Below, piece by piece: positions 1 to 9,347 of a stretch of DNA of 64,000 bases. Made by a program: the position numbers and the translations under genes. Position 1 is the first letter of the stretch; the number at the start of each line of letters is the position of its first letter. The DNA is from a bacterium (lineage in GTDB: Bacteria > Auribacterota > UBA6266), in NCBI GenBank assembly GCA_023228325.1, contig JALOBK010000001.1:995570-1059569 (forward strand), read 5' to 3'. Under the pieces are notes generated by a model that was not told the origin of the DNA, made no database searches, and was given only the letters and a program-made list of their open reading frames with translations.

Positions 1-2
1 AT

Positions 3-332
3 GACAGAAAAGATTTACAATCTTTGGCCGGAGAACTGGCGCAGGCGGAAGTTGTTTTGCCCAGAGATGTGCTGCCCGATGTGGTAACGATGAATTCAAA
101 AGTTGTCCTTAGCGATATCGATACCCGGGAAGAAATGACCTATGTTCTGGTCTTTCCCAAGGATGCGGATATTGATAACGGGAAAATCTCTATTCTTGCT
201 CCTGTCGGCACGGCGATTTTAGGTTATGCCAAGGGAGATATTATCGAATGGCCGGTTCCGGCGGGGATACGCCGCATTAGAATCGAGAAAATTCTCTATC
301 AACCCGAAGCCGCCGGAGATTTTCATCTGTAG
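3..332 (+). CDS. GreA/GreB-family (Rnk-like) transcription factor, C-terminal domain; 5' end lies outside the window
   Basis: Frame 3 is open from nt 3 (DRKDLQSLAGELAQAEV...). The C-terminal FKBP-like GreA domain pattern is present (VLVFPKDADIDNGKISILAPVGTAILGYAKGDIIEWPVP). No start codon lies inside the window. Confidence 0.55.
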   Translation, partial: DRKDLQSLAGELAQAEVVLPRDVLPDVVTMNSKVVLSDIDTREEMTYVLVFPKDADIDNGKISILAPVGTAILGYAKGDIIEWPVPAGIRRIRIEKILYQPEAAGDFHL

Positions 333-399
333 TTTTAATATGCTTTCGGACAAACCGGAGCTTTGATAATATTAAACGGAGGAAAGGATATTCCCGCTA

Positions 400-1388
400 A
401 TGGCTAAAAAATCAAAAGCAGACCAGTTGAACCAACCCGCTTCCGCAGTCGCGCGCAAGGATGCGGCAACGTTGCGCGAAGACGCTACCGTCCAGCAGGC
501 ATTGGAAGAAATCAGGTCTCATGGTCTCGGCGAGAAAATAGTTTATTTCTATGTTGTGGACACCGAAGGCTGTTTAACGGGGGTCATCCCGACACGACGC
601 CTGCTTATGTCGCCTTTGAAACAATGCATTTCGGAAGTTATGATAAAACGCGTTAAAACGATTCCTGCGGACGCGACGGTGTTGGAAGCATATGATTTAT
701 TGGCTCATTATAAATATCTGGCTCTTCCGGTTGTGGATGAGCAAAAACATATTGTGGGAGTTATTGACATTACTATGTTTGCGGATGAGGATTTTGAGAT
801 TTCCGAGCGGGAAAGAATGGATAAAGTGTTTGAGTCCATCGGGTTTCGCGTTTCCCAGATAAGGAATGCCTCGCCGTTCCGCGCGTTTCGGTTCAGGTTC
901 CCGTGGCTGATGGCAACAATCGGGAGCGGGACAATTTGCGCTTTGCTTGCCAGCGTTTACGATGTTACTCTGGAAAAAAGTCTTGTGCTGGCTTTTTTCC
1001 TGACACTGGTTTTGGGGTTGGGGAGAGTGTCAGTATGCAGTCTATGACCGTGGCTATCCATACTTTGCGTTTGTCTCGTCCGACACTGCGGTGGTATATC
1101 AGGGCGCTGCGGCGGGAGGTGGGCACCGCGTTTCTCCTCGGGGGGGCTTGCAGTATTATAGTCGGCTTAACCGTATGGGGCTGGCGCGGGGAAGGATTGG
1201 CGGCGATAGTTATCGGAAGCAGTCTTTTGTTTGTGATTTTTGCCAGTTGTCTTTTTGGATTGAGCATTCCGGCGCTGTTGCACGCGTTGAAACTCGATCC
1301 TAAAATTTCGGCCGGACCCGTTACTCTTGCGGTAGCGGATATTTGCACTATCATTCTTTATCTCAGCCTGGCGGCGCTGTTGCTGTAA
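400..1388 (+). pseudogene. mgtE: Mg2+ transporter MgtE, split by a 1-nt frameshift into ORFs 400..1047 and 903..1388
   Basis: The N-terminal ORF has CBS-pair and MgtE-N features (PWLMATIG...ASVYD). The C-terminal ORF in the +2 frame carries the MgtE TM core (GESVSMQSMTVAIHTLR). The junction is a GGGG run at about 1021-1036 (ttggggttggggagagtg); one extra G would restore LGLGESVSMQ. Confidence 0.6.
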
Positions 1389-1452
1389 TAAATGCCACAC
1401 ACAAATTTGTGGGATAGCGGAATCAAGGGTCCAACATAAAACAGGAATTGTT

Positions 1453-3780
1453 ATGACAAATATTAAACTTGCTCCTTTTGTATCGGCTCTGTTGATTTTT
1501 GCCGCCGTGATTTTGTTTCCGGGAACTGCCGGCGCGCAAATGGCTCTTTATAAAAACCCGAATCTTGCCGTTGAACAAAGGGTCGAAAACCTCTTGAATA
1601 AGATGACGCTGGAAGAGAAAATTGCCCAGGTCGCGGGGGCGGACCATATGAGTACACCCGAGAACAAACGGCTGGGAATACCGGCGCTGAAAATGACCGA
1701 CGGGCCTCACGGCGTCAGGTGGGGGCAGGCGACTTGTTTCCCGACGCTGGTAACACTGGGCTCAAGCTGGGACCCGGTGCTTCTGAGGGCTGTCGGGAAA
1801 GCTCTCGGAAGAGAAACGAGAGCAAAAGGCAGAAATGTGCTTTTGGGCCCTTGTATCAACATACACAGGACTCCGTTGGGCGGAAGGAATTTCGAGAGTT
1901 TCGGGGAAGACCCTTATTTGATATCGCAACTGGTGACGGAATACGTCAAGGGTGTCCAGGGCGAAAAAATCGGGACTTCGACGAAACATTTCGCGTGCAA
2001 CAATCAGGAATATGAAAGAACGACAATAAGCGTGGAGATAGACGAGAGGACGCTCAGGGAAATTTATCTGCCCGGGTTTGAAGCCGCCGTTAAGGAAGCC
2101 GGCACCGTAACGGTGATGGGCGCTTATAATAAAATCAACGGTGATTATTGCTGCGCGAATAAACATATTTTAACGGACATACTTAAAGACGAGTGGGGTT
2201 TCAAGGGTTTTGTGGTCTCGGACTGGGATGCCGTGCACAGCACCGTAAAAACAGCGAATGCGGGGCTTGACCTGGAAATGCCCGGTCCGCCTAAATTTTA
2301 CGGCAATCATCTTTTGCGTGCCGTCAAAAACGGCGAAGTCAGCGAAAAGGTTTTGGACGATAAAGTCCGCCGTATATTGAGGGTGATGTTTTATCTTGGA
2401 CTGTTCGATACCCCCGACCCGAAACTGGAAGGAGCCAGCGATACGAAAGAACACAGGGCTCTTGCCAGAGAAGCCGCGAGGCGCGGGATTATCCTCTTAA
2501 AAAATGATAACGGGACGCTTCCCATAGACAGGAACAAAATAAAATCCATCGCGGTTATAGGGCCCAAAGCCGAAGCCGCCCTTCTCGGAGGAGGCGGAAG
2601 TTCCAGTGTGACCCCCAATCGCGCTGTTACCCCGCTGGACGGCATGATGGGAAAATGCGAAGACGGTAAAATAAAATTAAACTTCGCAAGGGGTTGCGCG
2701 ATGCCGAAGGATTTAGTGCCTATCAACTTCGGGGAATTTACGACCCCCGGCCCGAATCCGCAGAGCGGACTCAAAGCCGAATATTTTAACAACACGAATT
2801 TCAGCGGAATCCCGGCTCTTACAAGGGTGGACGGCAGGGTTAATTTTGATTGGGGGAGCAGTTCGCCGGCCGCGAATATCAGAAACGATAATTTTTCCGC
2901 GCGGTGGACAGCCAATTTTACGCCTTCGGCATCGGGGAACTATGACCTCGGCCTTTTAAGCGATGACGGCAGCCGTCTTTACATAGACGGTAAACTTGTT
3001 ATCAATAACTGGGGTGAACACGGTCCCGAGATAAGAAGAGGCGCGGTTTTTCTTGAAGCGGGCAAAACTTACGATGTTCGCATCGAGATGTTCGAAAGCC
3101 GGGGCAATGCTGTTATTAAATTGGGTTATACTCCCGAAGATAATGTCCTGCTGGATGAAGCGGTTGACGTCGCTTCAAAGTCGGATGCGGCGGTAGTATT
3201 TGTCGGGATATCATGGGAAATAGAAGGGGAGGGTGTCGATAAACAGAACCTTAATCTTCCCAAATACCAGGATGAACTTATAAAGGCCGTAGCCGCGGCA
3301 AATAAAAACACGGTTGTTGTCCTGGTAAACGGGACGCCCCTTTTGATGGATAAATGGATAGATGATGTTCCCTCGGTGGTCGAATCGCTGTACGCGGGGC
3401 AGGAGGGGGGAGACGCCAATCCTTCGGGCAAATTGACGGTTACATTCCCGAAAAGAATCGAGGACTCTCCGTCGTATAAAAATTATCCCGGCGAGCGCGG
3501 TAAAGTTTATTATGAAGAAGGTATTTTTGTGGGATACAGGCATTTTGACAGGGAAAATATCGAGCCTCTCTTCCCGTTTGGGCACGGGCTTTCATATACG
3601 ACATTCAAGTATGCCAACCTTAAAGTGACGGGCGGTTCCGGGAAGATCGCCGCGACGGTCAGCGTTGATGTGTCCAATACAGGTGAAAGGGAAGGCGCCG
3701 AAGTCGTCCAGCTGTATGTTCAGGATCCTGAATGCAGCGTTGAACGGCCTGTAAAGGAACTTAAAGGATTTTTAAAATAG
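1453..3780 (+). CDS. Secreted glycoside hydrolase family 3 beta-glucosidase with inserted PA14 domain; C-terminally about 65 aa shorter than its paralog
   Basis: Signal peptide present. GH3 N- and C-domains are present (KMTDGPHGVRW, GFVVSDW). PA14 insert (YFNNTNFSG...SDDGSRLYIDGK). Paralogous to 4403..6931 but stops at VKELKGFLK*, inside a palindrome. Confidence 0.85.
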   Translation: MTNIKLAPFVSALLIFAAVILFPGTAGAQMALYKNPNLAVEQRVENLLNKMTLEEKIAQVAGADHMSTPENKRLGIPALKMTDGPHGVRWGQATCFPTLVTLGSSWDPVLLRAVGKALGRETRAKGRNVLLGPCINIHRTPLGGRNFESFGEDPYLISQLVTEYVKGVQGEKIGTSTKHFACNNQEYERTTISVEIDERTLREIYLPGFEAAVKEAGTVTVMGAYNKINGDYCCANKHILTDILKDEWGFKGFVVSDWDAVHSTVKTANAGLDLEMPGPPKFYGNHLLRAVKNGEVSEKVLDDKVRRILRVMFYLGLFDTPDPKLEGASDTKEHRALAREAARRGIILLKNDNGTLPIDRNKIKSIAVIGPKAEAALLGGGGSSSVTPNRAVTPLDGMMGKCEDGKIKLNFARGCAMPKDLVPINFGEFTTPGPNPQSGLKAEYFNNTNFSGIPALTRVDGRVNFDWGSSSPAANIRNDNFSARWTANFTPSASGNYDLGLLSDDGSRLYIDGKLVINNWGEHGPEIRRGAVFLEAGKTYDVRIEMFESRGNAVIKLGYTPEDNVLLDEAVDVASKSDAAVVFVGISWEIEGEGVDKQNLNLPKYQDELIKAVAAANKNTVVVLVNGTPLLMDKWIDDVPSVVESLYAGQEGGDANPSGKLTVTFPKRIEDSPSYKNYPGERGKVYYEEGIFVGYRHFDRENIEPLFPFGHGLSYTTFKYANLKVTGGSGKIAATVSVDVSNTGEREGAEVVQLYVQDPECSVERPVKELKGFLK

Positions 3781-3817
3781 GGACAGACACCTATTTAAAT
3801 GGTGTCTGTCCCTATTT
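3775..3817. repeat. 43-nt near-perfect palindrome (aaatagggacagacacc t atttaaat ggtgtctgtccctattt) overlapping the stop codon of the first GH3 gene
   Basis: Read directly from the sequence. The 17-nt arms are exact reverse complements, the central ATTTAAAT is self-complementary, and there is a single unpaired T. No U-tract follows. Confidence 0.8.
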
Positions 3818-3837
3818 AGGAAAGGAATAAAGGAAAA

Positions 3838-4281
3838 ATGAAAAAATTGACGCTTGTGATTTTGCTTACGATGATTTTCCCGTTTTCGGCATCGGGAGAA
3901 ATAAAGGAAGGCGACTGCAGGCTGAAAGAAGGCTCTTTTTTTGATAAAGACGTGTTTACGGTTCAGGTGGGGGATAAAATAAAGGGAACGTGTAAGTTCT
4001 TTATAGACGAATTCTTCGGTAAAAAAATTATCAATGCGAACATCGAGATAACAAACACTGCAGACAAACCTATGTCCTGCCAGTATTATGTGGCCTTTTT
4101 TGATAAGGAAGGAAACCTGATTGGTTGTGCCGGACAGGGGACATTTGATGAGGAAGGTCTTGCGGCCGGAGAGTCCACTCAGCTGGGCAGCTGCCTTATC
4201 CCTTTGCCTGCGGGTTTTCATGAGAAAGTGGTTAAATACAAGGTCGCGTTTTACGAGTCGGATAAGCAAATCGGAAAATAA
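3838..4281 (+). CDS. Small secreted Cys-containing hypothetical protein (147 aa) located between the GH3 paralogs
   Basis: RBS aggaataaaggaaaaATG. N-terminal signal peptide MKKLTLVILLTMIFPFSASG. No recognisable domain. Confidence 0.55.
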   Translation: MKKLTLVILLTMIFPFSASGEIKEGDCRLKEGSFFDKDVFTVQVGDKIKGTCKFFIDEFFGKKIINANIEITNTADKPMSCQYYVAFFDKEGNLIGCAGQGTFDEEGLAAGESTQLGSCLIPLPAGFHEKVVKYKVAFYESDKQIGK

Positions 4282-4350
4282 CCGCAAAAACTTTTCCGCG
4301 CCCGAAAATAAACCCTTCTCATTTCACTTAAAAAATGCTACAAAAAAGTT

Positions 4351-4372
4351 ACCGGTAAAGCACCGGTTTTTT
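4351..4372 (+). terminator. Candidate intrinsic terminator (ACCGGT-aaagc-ACCGGT followed by TTTTTT)
   Basis: 6-bp stem, 5-nt loop and T6 tract, 70 nt after the stop of the small secreted gene. Confidence 0.4.
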
Positions 4373-4402
4373 CGGCTGGAAATCCAAATCTAAAAAAAGG
4401 AT

Positions 4403-6931
4403 TTGTTTATGAAAGATATCCGTCCCCCCCGTATTTTTTCGATTTTTCCGGTTATCGCCGCTTTAGTTTTTTTATCGGGCAGTGTTTTTGCGGAATTGTC
4501 ACTTTACAAGAACCCGAATCTTCCCGTTGAACAGAGAGTGGAAGACCTCCTGAAGAAAATGACGCTTGAAGAAAAAATCGCGCAGGTTGCGGGTGCGGAC
4601 CATATGGACACGCCCCTCAACAAGCGGCTGGGTATACCGGCGCTGAAAATGACCGACGGGCCTCACGGGGTAAGATGGGGCACTTCTACCTGTTTCCCGC
4701 CGCTGGTAACGCTGGGTTCGAGCTGGGATCCCGTTCTTTTAAGAGCAGTGGGGAAAGCGCTGGGAAGGGAAACGAGAGCGAAAGGCAGGAATGTGATTTT
4801 AGGGCCGTGTATCAATATACACAGGACGCCTTTGGGCGGAAGGAATTTCGAGAGTTTCGGGGAAGACCCGTATCTGATATCGGAACTGGTGGTGGAATAT
4901 GTGAAAGGTGTCCAGAGTGAAAAAATCGGGACCTCTACAAAACACTTTGCATGCAACAACCAGGAATTTGAGAGAACGACCATAAGCGTGGAAATAGACG
5001 AACGGACACTCAGGGAAATTTATCTTCCCGGGTTTGAGGCCGCGGTTAAGGAAGCCGATACGCTGACGGTGATGGGAGCTTACAATAAAGTCAACGGCGA
5101 TTATTGCTGCGCTAATCACCATCTTTTGACGGATATATTAAAAAATGACTGGGGCTTTACGGGCCTTGTCGTTTCGGACTGGGGCGCTGTGCACAGCACC
5201 GTAAAGACGGCGAACGCAGGGCTTGACCTTGAGATGCCCGGCCCGCCGAGGTATTACGGTGATAACCTGTTGCGCGCGGTCAAAAACGGCGAGGTCAGCG
5301 AAAAAGTGCTGGACGATAAAGTCCGCCGGATATTGAGGGTTATGTTCAAGCTTGGGCTTTTTGATAACCCTGACCCGAAATTGAAAGGGGCCTGTGATAC
5401 GAAAGAGCACAGGGCTCTTGCCAGGGAAGCCGCCCGGCGCGGGATTGTCCTTTTGAAAAACAATAATGAGACGCTTCCGATAGACAGGAATAAAGTAAAA
5501 TCAATCGCGGTAATAGGGCCCAAAACAGATGCCTCTTTGCTCGGAGGAGGAGGAAGCTCCAGCATAACTCCTAACCACGCCGTTACCCCGCTGGACGGGC
5601 TGACAGAAAAATGCCGCGACGGGAAAATAAAATTAAATTTCGCAAGAGGATGTTCGATGCCCGGAAATCTGGTGCCTGTTGATTTCGGGGAATTTACGAC
5701 ACCCGGGCCGAATCCGCAGCCCGGGCTTAAAGCCGAATTTTTTAATAATACCGAGCTCACCGGAATCCCTGTGCTTACGAGAGTGGACAGAAACATTAAT
5801 TTTGACTGGGACGGCAGTTCGCCGGGATCCGGCCTCGGGGCCAATAATTTTTCCGCGCGGTGGACGGGAAATTTTACGCCTTCGAAATCGGGAGAATACG
5901 ACCTCGGACTTTTAAGCGATGACGGGAGCCGCCTTTATATAGACGGTAAACTTGTTGTCAATAACTGGGCGGAACACGGCCCTGAAACGAGAAGAGGGAC
6001 AATTTATCTGGAAGGGGGGAAAGCCTGCGATATACGTGTTGAGATGTTTGAAAAAGGGGGAAACGCGCTTGTTAAACTGGGATATTCCCCCGAAGGCAAC
6101 GTTTTGCTTGATGAAGCCGTGAAGGTTGCCTCTAAATCGGATATAGCGATAGTATTCGCCGGCATATCGTGGGAAATAGAGGGGGAAGGCGTCGATAAAC
6201 AGGATATGAAACTGCCCAAACACCAGGATGAACTGATAAAAGCCGTTGCCGCGGCGAACAAAAATACGGTTGTCGTGCTGATAAATGGGACGCCGCTTCT
6301 GATGGAAGAATGGATAGATGATGTCCCTTCGGTGGTTGAAGCTTTATACGGCGGGCAGGAAGGCGGAGATGCGATTGCCGATATACTTTTCGGCGACGTT
6401 AATCCATCGGGCAGGTTGACAGTGACATTCCCTAAAAAAATCGAGGACTCGCCGTCCTATAAAAATTATCCCGGCGCGGGCGGGAAAATTTATTATGAAG
6501 AAGGTATTTTTGTGGGATACCGGTATTTCGACAGGGAAAACATCGAGCCTCTCTTCCCGTTCGGCCACGGCCTTTCATATACGGCGTTCAAATATGATAA
6601 CCTGAATATAACTAAAGGTTCGGACAAAATCGCTGCGACAGCCAGCGTTGATATAACCAATACCGGAAAAAGAGAAGGGGCGGAAGTGGTCCAGCTGTAT
6701 GTGCAGGACCCGGAATGCAGCGTTGAGCGTCCTGTAAAAGAACTTAAAGGGTTTAAAAGAATAAACCTGAAACCCGGAGAAACCGAAACCGTAACATTCG
6801 AACTCACAAAAAGAGACCTTTCGTTTTATGATGTGAAGAGCAAAAGCTGGGTCGCCGAGCCGGGGACGTTCAATGTGTTAATAGGCGGTTCTTCAAGGGA
6901 TATAAGGCAGGAAGGCAGTTTTGAGCTTTAG
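4403..6931 (+). CDS. Secreted glycoside hydrolase family 3 beta-glucosidase with PA14 domain, full length with C-terminal Fn3-like domain
   Basis: 842 aa. Collinear with 1453..3780 along the whole length and adds a C-terminal ...KRINLKPGETETVTFELTKRDLSFYD... domain. Confidence 0.9.
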   Translation: MFMKDIRPPRIFSIFPVIAALVFLSGSVFAELSLYKNPNLPVEQRVEDLLKKMTLEEKIAQVAGADHMDTPLNKRLGIPALKMTDGPHGVRWGTSTCFPPLVTLGSSWDPVLLRAVGKALGRETRAKGRNVILGPCINIHRTPLGGRNFESFGEDPYLISELVVEYVKGVQSEKIGTSTKHFACNNQEFERTTISVEIDERTLREIYLPGFEAAVKEADTLTVMGAYNKVNGDYCCANHHLLTDILKNDWGFTGLVVSDWGAVHSTVKTANAGLDLEMPGPPRYYGDNLLRAVKNGEVSEKVLDDKVRRILRVMFKLGLFDNPDPKLKGACDTKEHRALAREAARRGIVLLKNNNETLPIDRNKVKSIAVIGPKTDASLLGGGGSSSITPNHAVTPLDGLTEKCRDGKIKLNFARGCSMPGNLVPVDFGEFTTPGPNPQPGLKAEFFNNTELTGIPVLTRVDRNINFDWDGSSPGSGLGANNFSARWTGNFTPSKSGEYDLGLLSDDGSRLYIDGKLVVNNWAEHGPETRRGTIYLEGGKACDIRVEMFEKGGNALVKLGYSPEGNVLLDEAVKVASKSDIAIVFAGISWEIEGEGVDKQDMKLPKHQDELIKAVAAANKNTVVVLINGTPLLMEEWIDDVPSVVEALYGGQEGGDAIADILFGDVNPSGRLTVTFPKKIEDSPSYKNYPGAGGKIYYEEGIFVGYRYFDRENIEPLFPFGHGLSYTAFKYDNLNITKGSDKIAATASVDITNTGKREGAEVVQLYVQDPECSVERPVKELKGFKRINLKPGETETVTFELTKRDLSFYDVKSKSWVAEPGTFNVLIGGSSRDIRQEGSFEL

Positions 6932-6968
6932 GGAACGGAGAAGGCCCGGAGAAGCAAAAAACCGCGGG

Positions 6969-8642
6969 TTAGTTTTCTGTTTCTCTGTAGAGCCTGTCGA
7001 TTTCCTGCTTTAGCCGGATGTTGTTGTTTGACAGGTCCAGCGCTTTATTGAAATGAAAACCGGCTTTTTCTTTGTTTTTTAAACCCAGATAACATATACC
7101 GATGTTGTAATGCGCAACCTGACTTTCAGGGTTAATTTTGATGCAGTACAGATACTCCGCCGACGCCTCTTCATACATCCCTTTTCTCCTGTAAGTTTCC
7201 GCCAGTAACATGTGTGCCGGCAGAAAAGGGGCATCCCCGTTTTCAGGCATAGCTTTTTTAAATAAAAATTCCGCGGTATCCAGCTCGTTTTTTTGTAAGG
7301 CCGCAATCCCCAGGTTTGTTATATGGGTTTTTTCTATGCAATAACCGCCTTTCTGCCAAACGAACATTTTTAAGAATAACAGGGTTGCGGCTACGATAAA
7401 GAAAGGCAGATATTTTTTCTTAAACAGGTTTGTTGCCGCCCAGTCTATCGATATGGAAGATAATATAATCAAAAAAGGGGCTGCGGGGAACCGCAGCCTT
7501 CCCAAAACAAAAAATAACATGCATGATATAAAGACACTTAAAATACTGCACACAATAATCCATATCCGGGCGAATTTTTTTATGTAAACTATAAAACCTA
7601 TCAGGGCAAGCGCCGCGATAAGGCGGAAAGAAGAGAAAGAGGAAGATAAGATATAGGAATATTTTTTGTGCAGGTAAAAATTTGCGTTTTGAGGTATTTC
7701 GTAGTTATCCCAGAAGAGCTCTGCCTTTATTAATAAGTTGGAAAAGAACGCGCGGGGGTAGGTTTTTACGCTGTTAAAAAACTCATGATACCAATTCACC
7801 TTTTCTTTGCTGCCGGAAATATTTTTATAAGATTCCGGAACGATGGATCCTCGAAAAGAATCATACGCGTTGCCGATATACAGGTTTGCGCCGCCCATAA
7901 CGGAAATACAGATTGATTTTTCCGTTTTATAATTATGGCAGAGCGCGGGGAAAATTATTACAAGAACGCAGATTGCGATAATAGCCGTCGGGATGAGCCG
8001 TTTGTATACCTTGCCGGAAATATTTTTGTTCAGCAGAAGAGCCCCCGCCGTAAAGGGAAGCATTAACAGGATATTTTCGCGGCACAGGACAGCGGCGCCC
8101 AGGGCAATTCCCGGCAATATAAAAAATAAGGGTTTGCCTTTCCTGTCCTCGGCAAAAATAAATGAGGCGACAAATAAAACCCAGAGAAAAGTAAAAAGGG
8201 ATGTTCTCAGCAGCAGGGAAGAATAAAATATCGCGACGGAATAAACCGCGTATGTGAACGCGGAAATAAGGCCCGTCAGGATATTAATCCTGCTTTTGCA
8301 GATGTAGAAAATAAGGAGGATGTTCAGGGAGTCCAGCAGGCATTGGATCGTTCTGACGGAATGATAGCTTGCGCCTTTTAGCATGTATACCAGGGCAAGA
8401 AAATAAGGATAAAGAGGAGCCTGATAATAAGCTCCTTCGATTCCTTTTCCCGCCAGGATATCTCTCGCCAGATTATCAAATCTGGTATAATCCATGCCTT
8501 CGATAAAAACATTATAATCCGGCATGACCGAAATAAACTGCAGGTTCAACAGACGAAGGGCCAGCCCGAACGCAAAAAAAGCAAAAAGGATGATACCGGT
8601 GTTTTTATCGCATTTTTTTAAAAATTCGGGGTAGTTAATCAT
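6969..8642 (-). CDS. PMT/ArnT-like (GT39/GT83-type) integral-membrane glycosyltransferase with C-terminal TPR repeats
   Basis: More than 10 predicted TM helices at the N-terminus with an early periplasmic-loop acidic motif. C-terminal TPR-like repeats (AETYRRKGMYEEASAEY...YNIGICYLGLKNKEKAGFHFNKAL). Confidence 0.6.
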   Translation of the reverse strand: MINYPEFLKKCDKNTGIILFAFFAFGLALRLLNLQFISVMPDYNVFIEGMDYTRFDNLARDILAGKGIEGAYYQAPLYPYFLALVYMLKGASYHSVRTIQCLLDSLNILLIFYICKSRINILTGLISAFTYAVYSVAIFYSSLLLRTSLFTFLWVLFVASFIFAEDRKGKPLFFILPGIALGAAVLCRENILLMLPFTAGALLLNKNISGKVYKRLIPTAIIAICVLVIIFPALCHNYKTEKSICISVMGGANLYIGNAYDSFRGSIVPESYKNISGSKEKVNWYHEFFNSVKTYPRAFFSNLLIKAELFWDNYEIPQNANFYLHKKYSYILSSSFSSFRLIAALALIGFIVYIKKFARIWIIVCSILSVFISCMLFFVLGRLRFPAAPFLIILSSISIDWAATNLFKKKYLPFFIVAATLLFLKMFVWQKGGYCIEKTHITNLGIAALQKNELDTAEFLFKKAMPENGDAPFLPAHMLLAETYRRKGMYEEASAEYLYCIKINPESQVAHYNIGICYLGLKNKEKAGFHFNKALDLSNNNIRLKQEIDRLYRETEN

Positions 8643-8656
8643 TTAAAAAAATATGT

Positions 8657-9241
8657 TCATTCTCTTTTTGCGGATATTACCGTCACCGGCTCCACCGGCA
8701 CATCGCTGTAGCGGCCCGAATTAGAAGTTTTTACTTTTGCTATTTTGTCGATGGTGTCCATCCCGTCTGTTACTTTCGCAAAGACCGCATACCCGTAATC
8801 GCGGGCCCCGTGGTCAAGAAAATCGTTGTCCTTAACGTTTATAAAAAACTGGGAGGTTGCGCTGTTTACATCCTGCGTCCTCGCCATCGAGAGCCAGCCT
8901 CTCTTATTCTTCAGCCCGTTGTCAGCTTCGTTTTTTATTGAGGGTCTTGTCCTTTTCTGCTTCATATCTTCGGTGAATCCTCCGCCCTGTATCATAAAAC
9001 CGGGTATGACCCTGTGGAAAATGGTGCCGTCATAAAAACCGGAATCGACATATTTAAGGAAATTCTCACATGTTTCAGGCGCTTTATCGGGATAGAGTTC
9101 AACCGTAAAGTCCCCGAGGTTTGTGGAAAAGATTACTTTGTGGTTTGAAGATTCGCTGTTTTTGCCGTCTGCTATTGAAGTATGAAGGAAAAGAAGAAAT
9201 GAAAATAAAAAACTGCCCGCAAAAAAATATGCTTTTTCCAT
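8657..9241 (-). CDS. Secreted cyclophilin-type peptidyl-prolyl cis-trans isomerase
   Basis: Signal peptide plus cyclophilin core ([15 protein letters not shown]...GWLSMAR...SQFFIN). Confidence 0.85.
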   Translation of the reverse strand: MEKAYFFAGSFLFSFLLFLHTSIADGKNSESSNHKVIFSTNLGDFTVELYPDKAPETCENFLKYVDSGFYDGTIFHRVIPGFMIQGGGFTEDMKQKRTRPSIKNEADNGLKNKRGWLSMARTQDVNSATSQFFINVKDNDFLDHGARDYGYAVFAKVTDGMDTIDKIAKVKTSNSGRYSDVPVEPVTVISAKRE

Positions 9242-9347
9242 AAAAGCCTCCTTGTTGAATTTTAAACCTTCATTCTAATTGTTTTTCGGCCGGTGTTCAA
9301 TAATCCTTTTGTTTTTTTAGAAAATCATTTTATAAACCGGCTGAGAT

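Noticed and set aside
903-1030. N-terminal part of ORF 903..1388 (MADGNNRERDNL...) as an independent gene
   Set aside because: It is the out-of-frame overlap with the mgtE N-terminal ORF. Only the portion after the G-run frameshift matches MgtE.
4121-4393. 90-aa ORF overlapping the small secreted gene and the intergenic region
   Set aside because: It is in an alternative frame with no RBS or features, overlapping a better-supported gene.
6932-6968. Possible bidirectional terminator between the convergent GH3 and glycosyltransferase genes
   Set aside because: Only weak or self-palindromic (CCGCGG) pairing with no convincing stem-loop. Not reported as a feature.
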